Shown: in pieces, positions 61,979-64,000 of the stretch
Position numbering within the stretch: position 1 is the stretch's first letter
How the letters are laid out: each line of letters opens with the position of its first letter
NCBI GenBank assembly: GCA_963840455.1
Contig: CAWIYV010000010.1
Span: 64,001-128,000, forward strand
Direction of reading: 5' to 3'
Length of the DNA: 64,000 bases
DNA from: Nitrospirota bacterium
Lineage (GTDB): Bacteria > Nitrospirota > UBA9217
The notes under the pieces: generated by a model
The model's input: the letters and a program-made list of their open reading frames with translations, nothing else
Told to the model about the DNA's origin: nothing
The model's database searches: none
Translations under genes and position numbers: made by a program

Positions 61979-62030
61979 GGGGTCAGATCTTTATCGTCAA
62001 CATCGATGTCAACAATAAAGATTTGGCCCC
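61979..62030. repeat. inverted repeat GGGGTCAGATCTTTAT...ATAAAGATTTGGCCCC
   Basis: 16-bp imperfect arms; related GGGTCAG...CTGACCC arms at 62674-62725. Confidence 0.65.
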
Positions 62031-62204
62031 TTTTATTGAACATTTATTATGAGTGGCAGGACAAAGGAAGGAGGTGCATGTCAAACCGCAAGACTTGATC
62101 CTAATAACCGTCCTACTCCCCCAATCGTCAAAGAAAGCAGCGTAGCAACAAAGGCGATCTAGCCCTCAGATATCTCCTTCCCCTTAAGACATGTAGTTGA
62201 ATGA

Positions 62205-62300
62205 CAAACACCGAAGTCAGGCAGGTTCACACGTTCGTCATGGTTCGTGAAAAGGACGTGCTCGATAACCTCGCGGACATGATCCTCGGCTTCTGTCACC
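62205..62300 (-). pseudogene. GPW/gp25 baseplate-family fragment
   Basis: EDHVREVIEHVLFT...ERVNLPDFG motif; truncated. Confidence 0.55.
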
Positions 62301-62542
62301 GAAACGCCATGCGTCCTTGGGTTCGAACACCGCCCTTTGCGGCCTGTCGTACAGGCTCTCCGCCACAAACAGGCGGAGGTGTCGCACCGGCACATATTTC
62401 TACTGGCAGCGTGAAGCTATGCCAGCATTCGGTAATCGTGTACCGCTTCTGGCGGTCGGGAAATGACCCGCCAGATCATCATGTGCTAAGCCTTGTCCGG
62501 CAACGGGAACAAGCGACGTCCTGTGCGGGCATGAGTTGGCGG

Positions 62543-62627
62543 CATGCCCTTTCCGCGGGATGAGCTGCGACCGCACACGCCATTTTTCCCTTAATGGTCC
62601 TGGATGCGCCGATATGGTCCGGATGAG
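62543..62627 (-). pseudogene. 85-bp duplicate of the MBL gene segment 60484-60568
   Basis: near-identical sequence covering the HPDHIG motif. Confidence 0.85.
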
Positions 62628-62761
62628 TTGGTCATGACCACCGGCATAGCCCGTGTTTTGCTTAAGCCCCATAGGGTCAGGGCGTCTCGGGGACGATAGT
62701 ATATCCCCTATGCCTTTTCTGACCCCCTACGTCCCCCGGCCCTCAGCCTCTTGCAGGGAGC

Positions 62762-63070
62762 TCAGAGGCGGGTGATCAGGACCATGAAGCCTGCTGCCAA
62801 GGCAAGGACCGCGAGAATGACGCCGCTCCCGGCGAAGTGTATGTGAAAGAGCGAGACCAGACCGCCCGCGACCAGCCAGACCCCGAGAAAGATGCTTCCT
62901 ATCTGCGTAGCGAGCTTTTCGCTTCTGTCCGCGATGAAGAACAGGATACCGGTCACGATACCGAGCGCGGCGAGGATGACGCCGCTTTTCGAGAAGGAGA
63001 TGCCACCGAGATGGACCAGGCCCGTGAGGACCAGCCAGATGCCAAGAAGGATGTTCGCCCAGGTCTTCAT
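62762..63070 (-). CDS. four-TM small membrane protein, copy 4 (intact)
   Basis: 102 aa, GGAGG RBS; paralogue of 53931-54239. Confidence 0.82.
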   Translation of the reverse strand: MKTWANILLGIWLVLTGLVHLGGISFSKSGVILAALGIVTGILFFIADRSEKLATQIGSIFLGVWLVAGGLVSLFHIHFAGSGVILAVLALAAGFMVLITRL

Positions 63071-63267
63071 AAGGAGCCTCCGTGCGGGAAGTAATTAGCC
63101 TCCAGTAAGAATGGACCGGTCATGTGCGAGCAGGATGGAGCGCGCCGATCCAGGCAGCAGGTAACAGCCCAGGGTAGGGTAGAGGTACAAACTATATATA
63201 GAGTAAACCTGGTACAAGTATAGCACCGCTGCAACCCGCAGAAGCTTCAGGGTATCTCTATAACAAT

Positions 63268-63342
63268 AAAGGCCGGAGAGCTCCCTCTCTCCGGCCACTT
63301 AGGTTTCATAAAAATTAGGATCTCAATATTTAAGTCTGAACC
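63268..63342 (-). repeat. conserved non-coding element, copy E4 (diverged)
   Basis: hairpin plus ATCTCAATA...AAGTCTGAACC. Confidence 0.55.
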
Positions 63343-63354
63343 CAGATAGACCGT

Positions 63355-63511
63355 GAGATCGATCAGCACATCGAAAAGGCTCTACCAATACGGCAGGCAG
63401 ACGATGGACCAGCAGCTCATTCAGCTTTGCAGAGACGAACCCATAACGCTCGATGAGGCAAAGCGCATCACCCGCTCAAAAGACCTTGAGCGAAAACTGA
63501 TATTCAGTTAA
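63355..63511 (+). pseudogene. PilT/PilU-like ATPase C-terminal fragment
   Basis: QYGRQTMDQQLIQL....ITLDEA matches the GMQT.DQ.L..L...I..EEA tail. Confidence 0.5.
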
Positions 63512-63544
63512 GACGCGAAAAATAGACTGAATAAGAGCGAGCGC

Positions 63545-63622
63545 ATTCCCCGTAGCTTGGCTACGGGATTAGCGAGCGATTAGAATAACAATAACTTCCT
63601 TGCGGATCGAAGACTCCCTCAG
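63545..63622 (-). repeat. dispersed repeat, copy 3
   Basis: reverse complement GAGTCTTCGATCCGCAAGGAA...TTCTAATCGCTCGCTAATCCCGTAGCCAAGCTACGGGGAAT. Confidence 0.7.
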
Positions 63623-63625
63623 TCA

Positions 63626-64000
63626 TCATCTCGAGCCCGGTCCCGGACCGCCTCTTCTTTCGTGATGGCCGGAGGGGCACCGCCAGATCTTTTCGCCCGG
63701 GTACCAGATCATTTTCTTATAACAGACCGGGCAGGACTTCTTGTTGGCACCTGACTGGCCACCGGACCGTGATGGGCCCTTTTTCGATCCCGCGGGCTCG
63801 TTTACCATGGATGCCGGTTCGATAGAGGACGAGGCGGCCTCGTCGGTCAACCCCGGAGTCTCGGCGGGTGTCGGTGCGTCCATCGGTTCGCTCTTCTGTT
63901 CGCTCGTACCCTGGACCGCACCCGTAGATGGTTCTTCATGTCCGCAGGTAAAGCACTGCCAGATGTTCTCAAGCTCGAGCAGGTGGAACGGCCCCCCGCA
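63626..64000 (-). CDS. partial zinc-ribbon repeat protein (5' end outside the window)
   Basis: open frame to the window edge: CGG...IWQCFTCGHEE and CPVC...IWRCPSGHHE. Confidence 0.65.
   Translation of the reverse strand, partial: CGGPFHLLELENIWQCFTCGHEEPSTGAVQGTSEQKSEPMDAPTPAETPGLTDEAASSSIEPASMVNEPAGSKKGPSRSGGQSGANKKSCPVCYKKMIWYPGEKIWRCPSGHHERRGGPGPGSR

Noticed and set aside
53931-63342. Classical integron cassette array
   Set aside because: No intI is visible and the E elements lack recognisable attC R''/R' boxes; not formally excluded without IntegronFinder

Overview
GC-rich bacterial chromosomal window; the gene repertoire suggests Nitrospirota or Desulfobacterota (inference). It holds a housekeeping block (secA, M23 peptidase, HhH glycosylase, cutA, lptD, folC, murI, GerMN protein, AMIN-amidase), a lemA/TPM operon, redox and stress genes (rubredoxin, USP, msrB-msrA, thioredoxin, TusE-like, cytochromes c) and an NHEJ operon with two Ku genes and a split LigD. 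Main observations: (1) two genes broken in the ORF track are probably selenoproteins, a YeeE/YedE transporter subunit (GGY-U-PGT) and a signal-peptide-bearing MsrA (GUFWG), each with an in-frame TGA at a conserved Cys and a similarly placed SECIS-like hairpin; (2) a signal-less YkuD (ElsL-like) domain fused to a MurC/Mpl-like ligase, a candidate one-protein peptidoglycan-recycling enzyme; (3) a ~10 kb modular region (53.9-63.6 kb) with four copies of one small membrane-protein gene, a repeated ~80-nt non-coding element, unrelated cargo genes and gene debris; (4) four REC-PilZ paralogues with degenerate receiver domains. Also present are an internally deleted IS, a tRNA-Glu 3' fragment bounding an island remnant, sigma54 promoters and several families of REP-like palindromes. 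All family calls come from motif recognition, not database searches.
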